In this document: piece after piece, positions 47,601-59,800 of the stretch
Layout: each line of letters starts with the position of its first letter
Position numbering within the stretch: the stretch's first letter is position 1
Assembly: GCA_000708835.1 (NCBI GenBank)
Contig: DF236970.1
Location: 310,001 to 374,000 of the forward strand
Length of the DNA: 64,000 bases
Reading direction: 5' to 3'
From: Klebsormidium nitens
Lineage: Eukaryota; Plantae; Klebsormidiophyceae
Position numbers and translations under genes: made by a program
Notes under the pieces: model-generated
The model's database searches: none
What the model was told of the DNA's origin: nothing
What the model saw: only the letters and a program-made list of their open reading frames with translations

Positions 47601-49451
47601 CTAAGACTCATCAACGGCCCCGGCTCCCTTGTTGTGCTTCTTGGCGTATCTCTGATTTCTCAAGAACTTGGGGTCCATCTGCAGACAGCAAGAGTCAAAG
47701 GGTCAGTCGGCGTAAAACTTCTGAAAGGTGCGGCGACCGCGAAATCCTGTTTAATTGAACCTAGCATGATTTTAAGCACCAAATGTAGCCTGTTTGATTG
47801 CGTGCCTACTATCCAAGGAAAGAATAGCATCTCAGCGAATAGGGGAGAAAAATCACAGAAGGTCGGAGAGCTTTTCGAACTGAAAAAGACGTTGAGGGAG
47901 CGACTTGAATCCAACAAGAATCGCTCTCTGACACTAGCCTCAATTGAGACGCCCACAGACTATTGCAAGACTCGGTTCAGAGACCAGAACCGTAAGAAAA
48001 TCCTGATATGACTGACATCCAGAAAAGCATTCAGAACAGTTTTAGCAATGAGTTGGAAAGATTCAAAGGCTGCTGCACCAACTGTGACTAGCAGACATAC
48101 CAGACGACATCCATCAAATACACCTGAACCGAAGAAGCTCATGGCCTCCATGTATTCACAAAGCCAGTCTGTTGCTCCTTCGACTCTCTGTTCGCTCCTC
48201 TGAGCGGTAAGTCAACTTCAACAAGAAAGTCCAAAAACGTAGATAGCATTACTAATGCTCTGTAATTCTGTAGAACCTTAAAAAAAAAGCCACTACTATC
48301 CCAGAACTTGCAAGGACTTGCCCGCAAGCAATCTGTATATGAACCTTCAGAAAGGAGGAACGAGGTCCCACGCTTGTTCATCTAAAGTATCAGCAAACAT
48401 AGGATGCCGGGCACTCTAAGTCCCAAGAGCACTTTTAGTAACATCATCCTGGAAAAAAGCTAGGCAATTCGAATTCCCTCGAAAGTTCAAAGCCCTCCCG
48501 ACGGACTCCAAGCGAAGCTTCTTGACCTCCAAATGAGGCAAAGTAAACCTCTCAGAGACAAACGTACATCGGAGGTTTGCCAGGAACAACAAAGACATGT
48601 CACATCTGCTCGAAGGAACGAAAGGTGAAGCGCTTGAATGCCCACAGCGCTAGCTGCTTTCCAGACTCTATCGTACATGCTTTCTGATGACCTTTGGACC
48701 TGACTATAGCTGCCAACCTATGCGACAATCAGCCTCCAAGGTTAGCCACTTTGTTTGAGGGCACCTCCCTGGAACAGCGATAACAAGCATAGCGGACTCA
48801 CGGCAGGCCCATACAATAGAGTGCCCCGTCCAGCGATCCGCGTATCCGAGCTACATAAGTCCGCAGTATTTGCCATTAAAGCGCGTCAACAAGTCATTGG
48901 TGCGCAACAGAGTGGGTGTGCTAGAGCTCCCGCAAAGCTGAAATTGGGCCTCTCGCATGCTCTCGAGCATGCTGGCAATCGAACATTCTGATGTCCCATT
49001 GTGGCCCCTAGAATCTCACGTAATTCCAAACTCGCACATTTCTGTCGCAAGCCCACATAACGTGCTGTGCGCCCCAAGGGCCGAGCGGAGGAAGGACACA
49101 CCATCAAAATAACACCAAAAGCAGGAGTCTCAGCGACCCAACCCGAATCCAGGGATTGATGCGGATACCTTTTTTCGCAGGTCAAAGTTTGGAACAGGGA
49201 CACATCCGCCAAAGATCAGCCACAAACTAGTACAAAAAAGAAATGGACCCATCTGATCCGGCACTTTGAGCGGGCGGTGTGCACAAGCGCTCATGCCGAA
49301 AATCCGGAAGAGACGATGCAAAGCTGGCGACTGCAAGGTAGAGGCTTACCCCCTTCGTCGAGATGTACTTTGTCCGCTTGGGCTTCTTGATCCCATTCTT
49401 ATGCGCCTTGTATGACTGGTTGTGGGCTGTGTGATTCTTGGACTTGGCCAT
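47601..49451 (-). CDS. RPL29: 60S ribosomal protein eL29, 59 aa, 2 coding exons
   Basis: Exon 49451-49350 encodes [34 protein letters not shown] (donor GTAAGC). Exon 47678-47601 encodes [25 protein letters not shown] (acceptor TGCAG). The intron is 1.67 kb. A 5'UTR intron is likely, from 49900 to ~49460. Confidence 0.97.
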
Positions 49452-49942
49452 CTTTGCTGCTGCGCCAAGAAGGCCAAAACCCCGTCAATGACAAACGGCT
49501 GAGAGGGTATACATGCCCGCAGCTCATCCGTTCATTTTGCTGCCCCCAAGTTGATCCCAAACTGCCCCAACTTGCCAGGCCATCTCCACCATTACCACTC
49601 ATTATCCTCAAAAGCCGCGACAAAAACATACATATCTCATCTCTTGGCCCATTAACTGATTAAATAGTTCAACAACCCCTGATTTCCACCTTACTTCCCA
49701 ATGAGATGAGAAGCATAACTAACAAGAAAAAGAACCCGACTGCCCGTCAACTGGATACCACCCGCTTGCTTCACCAACACCGTTACCAAAGACACAAGAA
49801 CCAGCAGGCTTCTGCAACCACAATCAGAATAGGCAAGCAGCAAGAATCCGTCTAAAGCATGGGCAGCCATCGGAGAACGCAAGCTGACGCCATGGCTCAC
49901 CTGACAGACGCACCGACCGCCCGCAGCCCTAAGCTTCAGTCT

Positions 49943-49965
49943 GGAAAAGGGAGGAGGGAAGAGGG
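49943..49965 (-). promoter_or_regulatory. Oligopyrimidine (5'TOP-like) tract at the probable RPL29 transcription start
   Basis: The minus strand reads CCCTCTTCCCTCCTCCCTTTTCC, about 40 nt upstream of a CAG|GTGAG donor at 49901/49900. Confidence 0.5.
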
Positions 49966-50473
49966 CGCGCCCTGTCCAAGTCCTTTGGAATCAGAAGTGC
50001 GCGACAAGAGTTGGCCTCGCGCGCCAGTCGTAGTCCAGTGCGCTGGAGAGAAGATCGGAGATGTGCGACTCAGCAGACCGCTTGCGCGGTTCTGCGCGGC
50101 GCCGCAAACTGCGTCGAAGTGAGACCGCCCTCCCTGCGGTTTCAAATGCATACGAATTGACGTATATTACCTAGGATTTGTTTACATACGAGTTCAGAAA
50201 CTTAGAGAGAAGAAGGCTTATAAGGATCTAGGTAAGAAGATTAAGAAAAGTAGCCGGTGGTGTTACCGTGGCGTGGCTTTAGTACAAAGAACTCCACAAA
50301 TAAGTAACATCCATGATGCTTTGTGATAACGAACCCACCCTAACCTCCATCCTAACCCGTCTCCAATGTTTTTGTATACCGGTAGGTAGGTAAATCACGT
50401 TCTAATTCAGGAACTCATATTCATATGAGTGTATCTCGACCGTGACTGGCGCGTGCATACCGCGGCCAATCCC

Positions 50474-50498
50474 TGGGCCTGGGCCTGGGCCTGGGCCT
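50474..50498 (+). repeat. (TGGGCC)4 tandem repeat: site-II-like motifs and a perfect G3N3 quadruplex pattern
   Basis: GGG runs at 50475, 50481, 50487 and 50493 are separated by CCT. The repeat lies between the divergent RPL29 and BtuF-like genes. Confidence 0.85.
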
Positions 50499-50828
50499 CT
50501 GCGCAATGAGGGCTCCGACTCGAAGCTCAGCTCATGTGCACTGAACTTCAAGAGTGATGGAAGACGTCTGACCCATTCTGAACGTCGTGCCACCTTCATT
50601 TCAAGACTCAAAAGCGAAGGCGATCTTGCAGAGGGCGTCACTTGCTTGCGCTCACTCATGAAGGTAGGCAGGCGTTTTATGGAAGAGCAAGAACCCACAG
50701 ACCATCCTTAATCAAGAGTACTCGCATTTCCCTGAAGCATCTATAAAGTGCGACCACCAAGCGATCATGCAACGTCTCCTCTGGTTGCAATCTCCCTGAG
50801 ACTCGGGTACTGCAATTGAGAACCAGGA

Positions 50829-53800
50829 ATGGCGTGGTTTTACACAAACGATCCACCACTTCATCGGGACGCCCTCGAGACGGCCACCCCTCGCGTGGTT
50901 TCCTTTCTGGGCGCTGCGACGGAGATAGTCTGTCTCCTGGGCTGCGAGGATTGGCTGGTGGGTAGGTCGCACGAATGCCAGCGGCCAGAGAGTATCTTGT
51001 CTCTGCCATGCGTGTCGTCAGCGGAGCCCATAGGAGATGATCTGGGCGCCATAAGCAGCCGGGAGATTGATGAGCGGGTGCGGGGGCTGGTGGAGCGGGG
51101 CTTGGCGCGATACAAGATCGATGCGGAGATGCTGCGGGATCTGCAACCGGACGTAATCTTGACGCAGGACCAGTGCAGGTGGGATTGCGAAAACAAGTCT
51201 CTGAGGAGTTGAATCCCACACATAATATTGTTTTCATATTTCAAAGTCTTCATGTGATCTCTAACAATTATACTTTTATGTTCAAAGTACCTATTCAACA
51301 GACGTTCTATGTTCTGTTTGTCTTTTCGGTCTTGTCAGTGTCCAGATTTGGGGCGGACTAATAGTATCTTTCGGGCTGCAGGAATTGCTGAGAGTCACAT
51401 CTGACATGTGTGAAAATCGTTCAGGGTGAAAACTCAAATGGCCAGGCACTGTGCATTTCCAAGGGATTTTTTTGGTGGCCAGGTTCAAGAGCTGTTGGGC
51501 TGAGGTTTACGGTTTTCAGCGATATCTAGTGAAGTGATCTCGCTTAGAAGAAGCATGCGGTGGTGCATGCCTATAAAACTCCCTGCTCTAGAGCTCCAAC
51601 TGAGAGATTTTATTTGGGGTTTTGAAATAGTTGAAAATTGTTCAAGTCTTCTTCAGTCTCGGGGGCCCGAAGTGGTGATTTCTGCGGTTTTGCACTATCG
51701 TATAAGAGAACCCGTTTCCTCTTGCTAGAAAGCGATACCGTGCATGGTGGCAATTGAAAAACTAGGATTCATTGGGCACCTCAAGACCTGCTATATGTGT
51801 GCCTCATCTAGTAGCAAAGCGTCCTGCCAGTTTGATCAATGCAACCACTTTCGCAATCAGTGTTTGTCATGGGGAGATTAGGGGGAGAGGATCTATGGCC
51901 AAGTTGAAGAAGTGAGAACAACTTCTCAAAAACGTTTTCGGTTAAAGCACATTCTGCAGCGCACTAACCCTCACACTGCACGATTGCCTTTGTGAGGAAA
52001 GTGTTCTAAGTGTGCTGCGTTCCTAGGTTTGGACTTGCCCTGAGCTTGTAAGGTGACCTGTAATGCAAATTGCAGTCGCTCATGTAGGTTTTTCAAAAGG
52101 TAGAATGGCTTACTCGCAGCTTGTGCAAGGAGCTTCTGGCTTTTTGGTTACATATAGGCTCGTGTCTTCCTGATGTGTTCTTGCTCAGCCTCTTAATATT
52201 CCTCCCACGTCAGTATTGTATTGTTGCACCGCAGTTCCCAAAAACAGTCAAGAAGTTCCTGATAATTGGTGCTGCTGAAAGGGACCTTCTTATGGCTTCC
52301 TATATCCCCCGTATTAGTGGGTAGCATTCTTTACACATATTGGCCGTATCTCACGTGCCGTCCACATGACGACGGAGGTTTGAGTTCTTTATCTGGAAAA
52401 AGTGCCCCCTTTCGGCATTTGTCGACCTCAAATCCAGGCAATAGTCCTTGAAGGCGTGAAAGCAGATTTTGGTTTGGCTTGGCTCATTGCAATTCTTATT
52501 TTGAATGCTTGCGTGCAGTCATGTTCACAAGCCCTTGAATTGAAGCATTCAACCGCAGTCCTTCTTGCTACTAACCCAAGAAGTCCACTGAATCCCTTTC
52601 TATATTAGTCTTTGCACTTGGCTTGGATTTCATTCTTAACACGCTTCTTGTAGTCAGGCCTTTAGTTCATCCACTCAGTCGAATCCCCAGCGATTTTGGC
52701 AACTCACCAAGCCAAGCCTCTCAATGAACTCCAACCACCTCTTTCCATTCTTAGCCACATCCAACTATCACTGACCCTTGTTAGCGTCTCTGACCATCTC
52801 CCTTTTGTCCGAATCTCATCCCTGACTATCTCTACCCCTCTGCGTCTCTCTTTGCCCCATTGACCATATCTGCTTGTCTTTCATGTTCCTAACCCTCAAC
52901 CACTTTTGTTCAGGTATGACCATGATCTAACTATCTTCAAAGCATATGTGATCACGGCTAACCGTTCATGCTAACCGCATTCGCGCCACCTGTCCGCAGC
53001 GTGTGTGCCGTCACCCCCCAAGACCTGGAGTCCGCCTGTTCCCGCTTCTTCCATGAGGACCAGAAGCCGTGCAAGGTCGTGTCGCTCCGCCCCACCACGG
53101 TGAGCTCCTGCGCCTTAACTTTTCCTTTCCCTTTCTGCTTTTTTCCTCAAACGGTAGTTTGCCATCCTTGTCGCTTTACCGCTTGAAGTCTGGGTTTGGA
53201 TCCTGCGGAAGATAAGGGTGCCCTCTCCGCTGTAGTAACCGCTGTCCACCTCTGCATCTCTATTTTTCTTTTGAAGTTGTGTAAGTACGAGCAAACAAGG
53301 TGAGTCGCTATTGGTTTTCAAAAGCACAATTGTTGTGTTGCCAAGAGCGGCTCGGTTCGGACTAATAAGTAGATAGGAATGTCCTCGATCATGTCCTTGT
53401 TTTCAGGAAGAGCAGGCTGTTGAGCGTTAACCGGTCTTAAGCATCTTTGATATTTAAATGCTTGCAAAGGGCTCTGGACGAAGCAACGTTGCGCCCCTCA
53501 GCGAAGTGACTCAACAGCAGTGGCCCGCGAGGGTGGCTATGACGACCCTTGCGATTGGGGCGCTTTTACGTCCCAATCTTGTGTCGCTCCTTTCAGACCA
53601 GCCACTCACCTTGGTCAGCATGTTCGCATCTTTTTCTGTCGCCTCAAGCGTTCGGCTGGGCGCCGTATTGGAAAAACATGGACTTTTATGAACGGCTTCT
53701 CACGCAAGTCGCCGTGTGCCTTTTGAGGTGCACGAGTGCTATCTTCTGTCCTAAGCATTTCTCTACCCCGTATGTCGCATGTCACGGGATGCTCTCGGGG

Positions 53801-56800
53801 CCAGACTCGAAAGGTTTTTTTGGGTGCACCCTAATGCCTAAGGCTAGGTTTAAAAAAGAGTTGCATCTTGCCCTTCCACTGCCGGAGTGGTACCGAATGG
53901 TTCGACAACTCATGGAGAAGCTTGACACTAAGGCGGTTCGTTGTGAAGGGCTGTGAGATTGTGAGACTTTGTGGTGTCAGCATACACGTTCTTGCGTGCA
54001 GTCCTCGCCCAGTGACGGCTGTGTTGTCAAATGCTTGCCGCTTTGTCAAGAGCGTTGCTTGTCGATCCTTCCATTACTGTGCGAAGTTGCGCTGTGTTCT
54101 GACGCTACCTTCTTTGTTTGAGCGCTAATTGGTTGTTAGACAGGCTTTCAGAACGCCATCTTCGGTTGGCTGTGAAGAATGTGAAGCTGAGCCGGGTATT
54201 GACGCTCAGACCAGGACCCTCCAGAGAGCCGCCCTTTCTTGCCTCTATTCCGCAGGCAACAATGGCCGTTGCTGTTCTGGTTTCCTCGCTCCCCCCCACT
54301 TGGCTCATTGTTGCATTTTCTTACAAGCGCGACCAGTTGGACAATCCTGATCCTAGGATCGTCCAAAGTGCTGAGGTTCTCTTTATCTGCTTCTAAGCTT
54401 AAATTTGTCTGTGATGCCCGTTTTTGAATGCATTGCACCTTGCTTACAGTCAGCCGTTTGTAACCGCCAGTTGTTCATGTGTCGCTTGTGCGGATTGTCA
54501 TCCCGTTATCAGGGGCACCTTTTTACTCAGAAGCAATCCAAGTTGCTTATTGATGGCTTGGATGCAGCTTTCAAAGCTGGGCTCGACTGCCCAAGGATAC
54601 AGAGATGCTGATGCCACGTGTCGATCCCTTCCTTCGATCGTTAATCAGTACAACTTGAACGCCCAAAAGCTGAGATTCTTACTCGGGTTGAGGAGTAGTG
54701 GCACCTCGATCTGCGCGATTTCGTTCAACAATATCAAAGCTCATCTAAGCTACTTCCAACTCAAGACCCTTCACAAAGCGGCTCAAAAGGTTCATAGCTC
54801 GTTCCTTCCCTTCTTTGAGGTCTCTTCGCGAAACAATTTGGTGTTGAAAGTGTGCATGAATGAAGTGCGCACTTTCTCGGACTGAAGAATAGGAAAGCGT
54901 CGTAGGTTGCTCCGGCCCCAAAGAACTAGGCACTGTGTGCAGTCCATTGATTGGTCTTGTCAATCTGTCTGCTCAAGGCCGAAATGGCGTCTGTGGCATT
55001 CATAGCGTGCCAGTCTTGCGAGTGAGCCCTTCCTGACGCTTATGCCATGAAGTCCTTTCTTAAAAGCGTGTTCGTGTATGTGGTAGTACATCATTGCATC
55101 AGCAAAGAGCGGTTTGGCTATGACGACGCAGGATGAGCGGAGCAACATTCGTGCTAGCTCATCCACGCTATTTTGCCCGAATGCCATCCGACCAAGCGAA
55201 TGAGAAGGCAGATTATCTGCCAACGAAAAGCCCATTTTGAGCTCCAAGTGCATTGCCTTCTCATGCTCTTCTCCTTTCAGCAAGACTGCTTGCAAAAGCC
55301 GCCTTTATTTGGACACTCCTTTCCTTTCGCTTTTGGTCTCATCCGGATCCGTTCATCCTTTCAAAGCGCCAGGCGGACCAACAGTCCAACTGGCTGTGAA
55401 AGAGCTTCTGTTCTTCTGCGTTCCTCACGGGAAAGCGGGTCAAGAGAGTCATAAGGGCGGCAAGCTCGTACGTTGTCTGTAGAGTGGGCAATGAAGCAGA
55501 CCAAAATGAAGCGCACTGCTTAGTGATTTCAATGGTAATTTTTTGTTGGATGCCATAGCGTTGCTTAAACCCTATGATTGGGCCGGTTGTGGCTAATGAC
55601 TTTCTCGTGCTTTGAGATGATGGGGCAATCTGTCGTCAACCGTGCTGTTGTTCCTTCTTTTAGGACGATTTCCAACTGTTAAAGAGTCATCCCGGTAGAA
55701 TGTAGGGTCCTTATTTTGCGCTTCTTAGGAGCTTTTTTTGTACGATCCCATTGCGACTGAGATTTTTTCCTTGGAAGACGGCTAGACCCAGTCAGCATGT
55801 CATGACGTTGGCGACTTTCGCTGTGTTCGATACTCTTCCTCAACCCACTGCGCAGCGTTGCAAGAAGCTGCGTCGTAACGTAGGGTACCTTCCTCTCGTC
55901 TGATCAGATTCCCACCTTCTGTTCTGCGCGATGCTCCGACGGGTGAAAGGACGAGCTAAATTGGTCTTAAATTTTACCGTTCCTTCTACAAAAAACCAGT
56001 CTTCGGACTGCTCTAATCATTCGTTGTTGGCACAAGTTTCAGCGCCGGCGATGATGCCAACGCGTGTTGGGTTATGATTAGCCCAGGGGGTTTTTGAGAA
56101 GCCATTGGCCGAAGCACCTGAATGATCGTGAGAAAAACTCTGACGCACATCGATCTTGGACGGAGTATGGTTGTGGCCCCGATGAAGCTGTAGTTTGGCT
56201 GCTGCTGCCACTTTTGAAGGTTTAAAGTGGCAGCAGGAACTTCAGCTTGATGCCACGGTTTCCGAGTGCACTTGGATCCGCCTGTTGGCACGTGACCCTA
56301 GAATCCGCCTCGATTCTACTTGATGGCTTCACGTTACCAACGCCGTAATTACTAGACAGGTGGCCGAAGGGGTTCGACACTGTTTACCAGAGGACACTTT
56401 TATCCAGAGGAAAGCTGCTCAGAACGTGGATTTGTCAGAAAGAGGGCATGTTTGGGGGCTGTGAAGTCGGTGGAATTGATCGCACTTTGGCGGTCAGTCG
56501 CCTAATGACGAACCCGATTGCCAACGTCAAAGCTGTCGAAGAAGGGCAAGGAAGGTCAGACAAGCAGTCATGTCGCTCGTCCTTTCACCTCCATATCAGC
56601 GTCGCAATCTGCGAGGCGCGATATGCGACAAAGCCGACTGGTGCTCTCAAACGGTTGGTGGGGGGCTGTGAAGACTGCTGGGCTGAGGTGGCGCAGAATT
56701 TGGCAGCTCATCGCCAGCGCTGCAGGGATGTCTGAGTGCCACTCGTCTTAACTTTTGGGTTTTGATTTGCAATCAAACTCTCCTCGCGGAGCTAGTAAGG

Positions 56801-59800
56801 AGTATTCGAGGATTGCGCGACGTTTCCAATCAGCAAAGTCAGCTCGCTTGACCGGCCTGCATAACCAAAGCTTAACGGTTTTCAGTACGACTGTCTGTAA
56901 GTAGTCTGCTTTCAGTTCGCTTGATTATCCCTTCGGTCCGGCAAGCGAGCAGGCACTCGCGTGGCCGACTCCTTCTTGAGTCATGAGTATCTCAGTCGAG
57001 TGGTTGCTGATGTTGGCAGTTGCGGTAACCTTCTTCCTTTTCTATCTTGTTTGCTCTGGGCGGTCATCTTCTTCCTTTTTCTATCTTATCTGCTCTGGGC
57101 AAACAGGACTATGTTCGTGCTTCGCTTCGTGCTCTCATCTTGTTGTGATAAGTACACAGAAATCCGCCCGCGTTTTTGTTCCGAACTCACATGTCGACAA
57201 AGTTGTACTGCTGTGTGGGCTTCAGAATCCACAACATCGTTATTTGAACCAGTCGACCGTTCTTGGTCGCAAATGCTCTGGCCTCTTGAGCCTTTTTGAC
57301 TCGTACAAGGGCGAATCGTGCTGACGAGTGGAGGACATTGCTTTTGACACCCTCCATGAAGAGTCTGACTTATCAAAGCTGGTGCGTAGGATTAGAAGCT
57401 GCTTCGTGCGATTTAGAAACAAAAGAGCTTGCTGGCTGCCAAACATGTTGGACAAACTGTGGGATGGGATGCGATACCTGCTCTGGGTTTGAACTGCTCA
57501 TCGGTGTCATTCTGAACTGATGCCCACCCCGGAGAGCCTTCAAGGTTTCTCAAGTAACCGTTATACACCCTCTACCACGAGATATCGTCTGCTTGGTGTT
57601 CGTGTCATGCAACAATCTCGGACCTTCGTTCTCTTGCTGAAAGAGTCTGTTTCAAGGTAGTATGCTTGTGAAAGAATTGTGTTCCTCACGTTTGCCTCTT
57701 TCTGCGCTCGGCCGGCAGCGAGTGATTTCTGGATATTCAGCGAGCCAACGATGGCATTGGGGATGCTCGTAGCACGGAAGGGTGCTTTCTGAAGTGCCAT
57801 GGCCGCCAGGATCTGAGTGCTGAGGCGGATGCCATCCGTCGGCTGATTCGGCACGCTTTTGATCCAATGTGCTCCCAAGAAAGTTCTTTCTGCCACTGTG
57901 TTGCAAAGACGAAGTCTCTGTTTTTATCTGATTGGCAAAGACGAGACACCCAGTCTTGAGCACCTCGGTGGGGCCTCAGTGCACTTGTAGCGTCCTCTAT
58001 GAGCCAATTTTTAGACACCATTATTGTCCTGCCTCGCTCTTTGGGTGATCCCTTTCGCGTTGGGTTCGTTTCTCTGAGCGCAAAAATGGCGATGATGGGC
58101 TTTTACATGGGCGGCGCCCAGATGTGGGCCTAGGTTGACGCCATCTTTCGAGAAAGAGGGTACGAACATGTGTCCACTCTCCATTCGTTGCCGACTGTAC
58201 AGCGACACCTCTGTGCCACAGCACGTCTTTAAGTTTGTCTGTGAAAAGCAAGTTGAATACGTTCTTCATCAGTCGTTTACATATCCCAACCGTTAGGAAC
58301 GAGAATGCGTCGACCAAGTTGCAGGATTTCGACCCTCTCGAGCATTTTCCATGTTTTCGTCTCGATCTGACATCTTCTGGACTATGAAGAGTTCATTTCG
58401 TAGGGTTTGGTTCTAAGGAGTCATTGCCAGATTTCAGCTCCTTGTTGTTCGCACGATGCACTATACATCATGCTGCACTCTTGTCAGCAACTGCACAAAA
58501 GTTGTTGCACGATCCAGAATTCCGAATGTTGAATCTTATGCAGTCTCCCGTTGTCAGTTTTGGTTAGGCTAGGACGAGGCTTCTCCTGAGGACTAGAACA
58601 CCGGTCCTTATTCTTGGTAACCCTGAGGTCCCTCTGAGGCCAAATCTCGTTTGGGCACACGAGAGACTCCATGATCTGTTGCATGCTGATTCTGCGTTTC
58701 GACTGCACCTTTTCAGCGTCTACAAATGCATGAGAGCGCGGTCTCACACCAACGCCTGGCATGTCGCTCTGCGCGTGAGGTCATGTCTTTGTTGTGGATT
58801 GGCACAAAAGCTGCCCACTCTGCTTTCGCTGGCTTTTGAGAGGGAAAATTCTCACAACATCCAATCTTGCGGATGTCTTCACTTTTGGCAAGGGAGCAAT
58901 GTTGGAATTCTGGTCCGTTGGTAGGTAAAGATGGTTCGTCCGCATTTTCTGCATTCTTATCACTTTCGACATGTGGTAGAGTCTTATGCTCAGTTTGGTA
59001 AACAAAAATTGCACGGTATAGTCTGACCCTCTCGCCAGCGCACTGGATGTGTTTCTGAAAAAAGTTAGTGGTCCTTTTAGTGTGTATCATGATGTCGGTA
59101 AGTCCACTATTATCAGGGCAGACTGGTAATGACAAAGTTTCTCTGAGAGTGCAATCTCAAAAATCATCCGTTGTCCGGACGCCAGTTACGCATGTCGTCA
59201 GAGGGGTTGTTGCAGTAGTGGTACAACGAACAGCTTGTGTCTCTTGCGTTGTCAGGACCGTTAGCAAATCTCGCCTGCAAGAAGAAGCTTTTCGTATGAC
59301 CTGTCAGAGGGACGCCTTGAGAGTGCAACTGCCCTTTTCCGCTCTCCAATTTATCTGCGGCGATCGTTTGGATGATCTTTGCCACTGGATCCACCCATTC
59401 TCCCGGATCTGTGCTGGGGTTGAAGCGTTGCGCTTTCACAAGCCCTTAGGGGCAACGAACAGGCGCGCTACTTTGACAGGCGACTTTGACGGTCTATTCG
59501 GAATGAATGATGCAGGACGACGTGAGCAACCTGACCGGAATTCGGCGTTTGAGATTAGTGACCGAATGAGTTCTATGTCAATGCTTGTCGTTCTTGGCTG
59601 CCACATCGGGATTGTTGGAGGCTGGTGCCTTTAATGGCCGAGTTGCCCCTCTTCTCTCCCTCTTCTCCCACCCTGTATGGTGGGCTTTTCTGGGATTTTA
59701 GTAGAAGGACCGAATAACCTGCATGTTTCGTTGGTATAGATTGCACACATCGCTTAAATTAAAGTCATCTTCCCAATAACCACATATCTGGTATTCTAGC

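Noticed and set aside
47442-48011. 189-aa plus-strand ORF
   Set aside because: It overlaps RPL29 exon 2 and its intron in antisense, has no recognisable motif and has no splice support.
47679-49349. Possible intronic snoRNA in the RPL29 intron
   Set aside because: No canonical box C (RTGATGA) paired with box D and a terminal stem on the sense strand; only a mismatched ATGATGT near 48440. H/ACA types cannot be excluded by eye.
50442-50711. ORF with PGPGPGP as a possible first exon of the BtuF-like gene
   Set aside because: Its AAG|GTAGGC donor is phase 0, and I found no convincing phase-matched acceptor upstream of the domain. It remains possible but unsupported.
57500-58100. FLG- and QADD-like words suggesting an RT or RdRp in the long intron
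   Set aside because: The motifs fall in different frames with wrong spacing and no QG/SP or GDD context, so a family cannot be named.
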